A stretch of 64,000 nucleotides of DNA from an uncultured Chloroflexia bacterium (GTDB taxonomy: Bacteria > Chloroflexota > Limnocylindria > Limnocylindrales > CSP1-4), in NCBI GenBank assembly GCA_963738685.1, contig CAVTXK010000002.1, forward strand, positions 1,204,809 to 1,268,808, read 5' to 3'. Both the position numbers and the translations under genes were made by a program. The notes beneath the pieces are model-generated. The model was given only the letters and a program-made list of their open reading frames with translations. It ran no database searches and was not told the origin of the DNA. How positions within the stretch are numbered: position 1 is the first letter of the stretch; each line of letters starts with the position of its first letter. Below, one piece after another: positions 63,383-64,000 of the stretch.

Positions 63383-64000
63383 GCGTTAGTGGCGACTGCT
63401 CGACCCGTGGCGTCGGGGCTCGTCTGGTTCCTGGCGGCCCTCGCGATCTCCTTGGGGGCGGCTGGGATCGTGGCGCGCATGGACGGGTTTTCGTCCGGTT
63501 CCGGCGGGACGGGGCTCACGATCCGGGGCGACGCGCTCGTCGGCGCGCACCTCGATGCCGTGGAGGCCGAGCTCACGGCGCTGTCCGAGGAGGTGGACGA
63601 GCTCGGTGCCCAGGCGCGAGGCGCGCTGGCCGCGCTCGTCGCGAGCGATCCGGAGACCGCGGCCACGGCACTCGCGGCCGGCGATGAGCTGATCCTTGCG
63701 ATCGCCGTCCAGAGCAGCGCGACTCGACGCGGCACTCGCCGATGTCCCGTTGCTGGATACGCCGGAGGGGCGCTACCAGGTCTCGGACGGTGTGCGCGAC
63801 CGCCATGCGCGCCTCACCCGGGCACTCGAGGCGACCCGTGACCTCGATGGGGCGTGGGCCTCATTGACGATCGGCTCGATCGCGGCCAGCCGGCTGTCGT
63901 CGATGCTGTCCACGCATGTCGATGCCGTCCTCGAGGCCGCGGCCCACGGTCGGGCAGCGGAGTACGCCGAGGCCCTGGTCGCGCTCGATGCGGCCGACGC
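63383..64000 (+). pseudogene. hypothetical membrane-anchored coiled-coil protein (partial at the window end); frameshift near 63724
   Basis: TM LVWFLAALAISLGAAGIV. Continues in another frame (LDAALADVPLLDTPEGRYQVSDG...) to the window end. Confidence 0.35.

Overview
High-GC (roughly 70%+) actinobacterial chromosomal segment; the F420-dependent LLM and DUF385 enzymes and a class II ribonucleotide reductase are consistent with Actinomycetota. I see about 70 genes, no rRNA, tRNA or CRISPR array, and a mosaic of accessory functions. These include two ABC-2 exporter loci (one MarR-linked); a cluster of F420/VOC/cupin/LLM enzymes; a CarH/LitR-type B12-binding MerR regulator sitting divergent to a DUF4397 gene; and a downstream SDR, SRPBCC, amine-oxidase, DUF1365, CFA-synthase block. 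Further along are a low-GC island carrying an AIPR-like abortive-infection gene directly downstream of nrdJ (class II RNR), which is intact and preceded by NrdR boxes; and a GlcNAc/chitobiose uptake and catabolism locus (ROK regulator, ROK kinase, SBP, two permeases, GH3, SIS). The remaining content is an FtsH-like AAA protease operon with two small membrane proteins and an XRE-HTH/nuclease-like gene, then ccsA, a NYN gene, a HAD hydrolase, adenosine deaminase and an NDUFA9-like gene. The most striking global feature is that at least 25 genes are split across reading frames by single-nucleotide indels, heavily concentrated in 18.6-21.9 kb. Several long genes (nrdJ 3.1 kb, a 2.7 kb secreted protein, GH3, FtsH-like, AIPR-like, the sugar transporter) are fully intact. 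This points to either real pseudogenization of dispensable functions or a non-uniform rate of assembly indel errors. I trusted the ORF-track coordinates; positions of regulatory sites that I read directly from the sequence may be off by a few nt.
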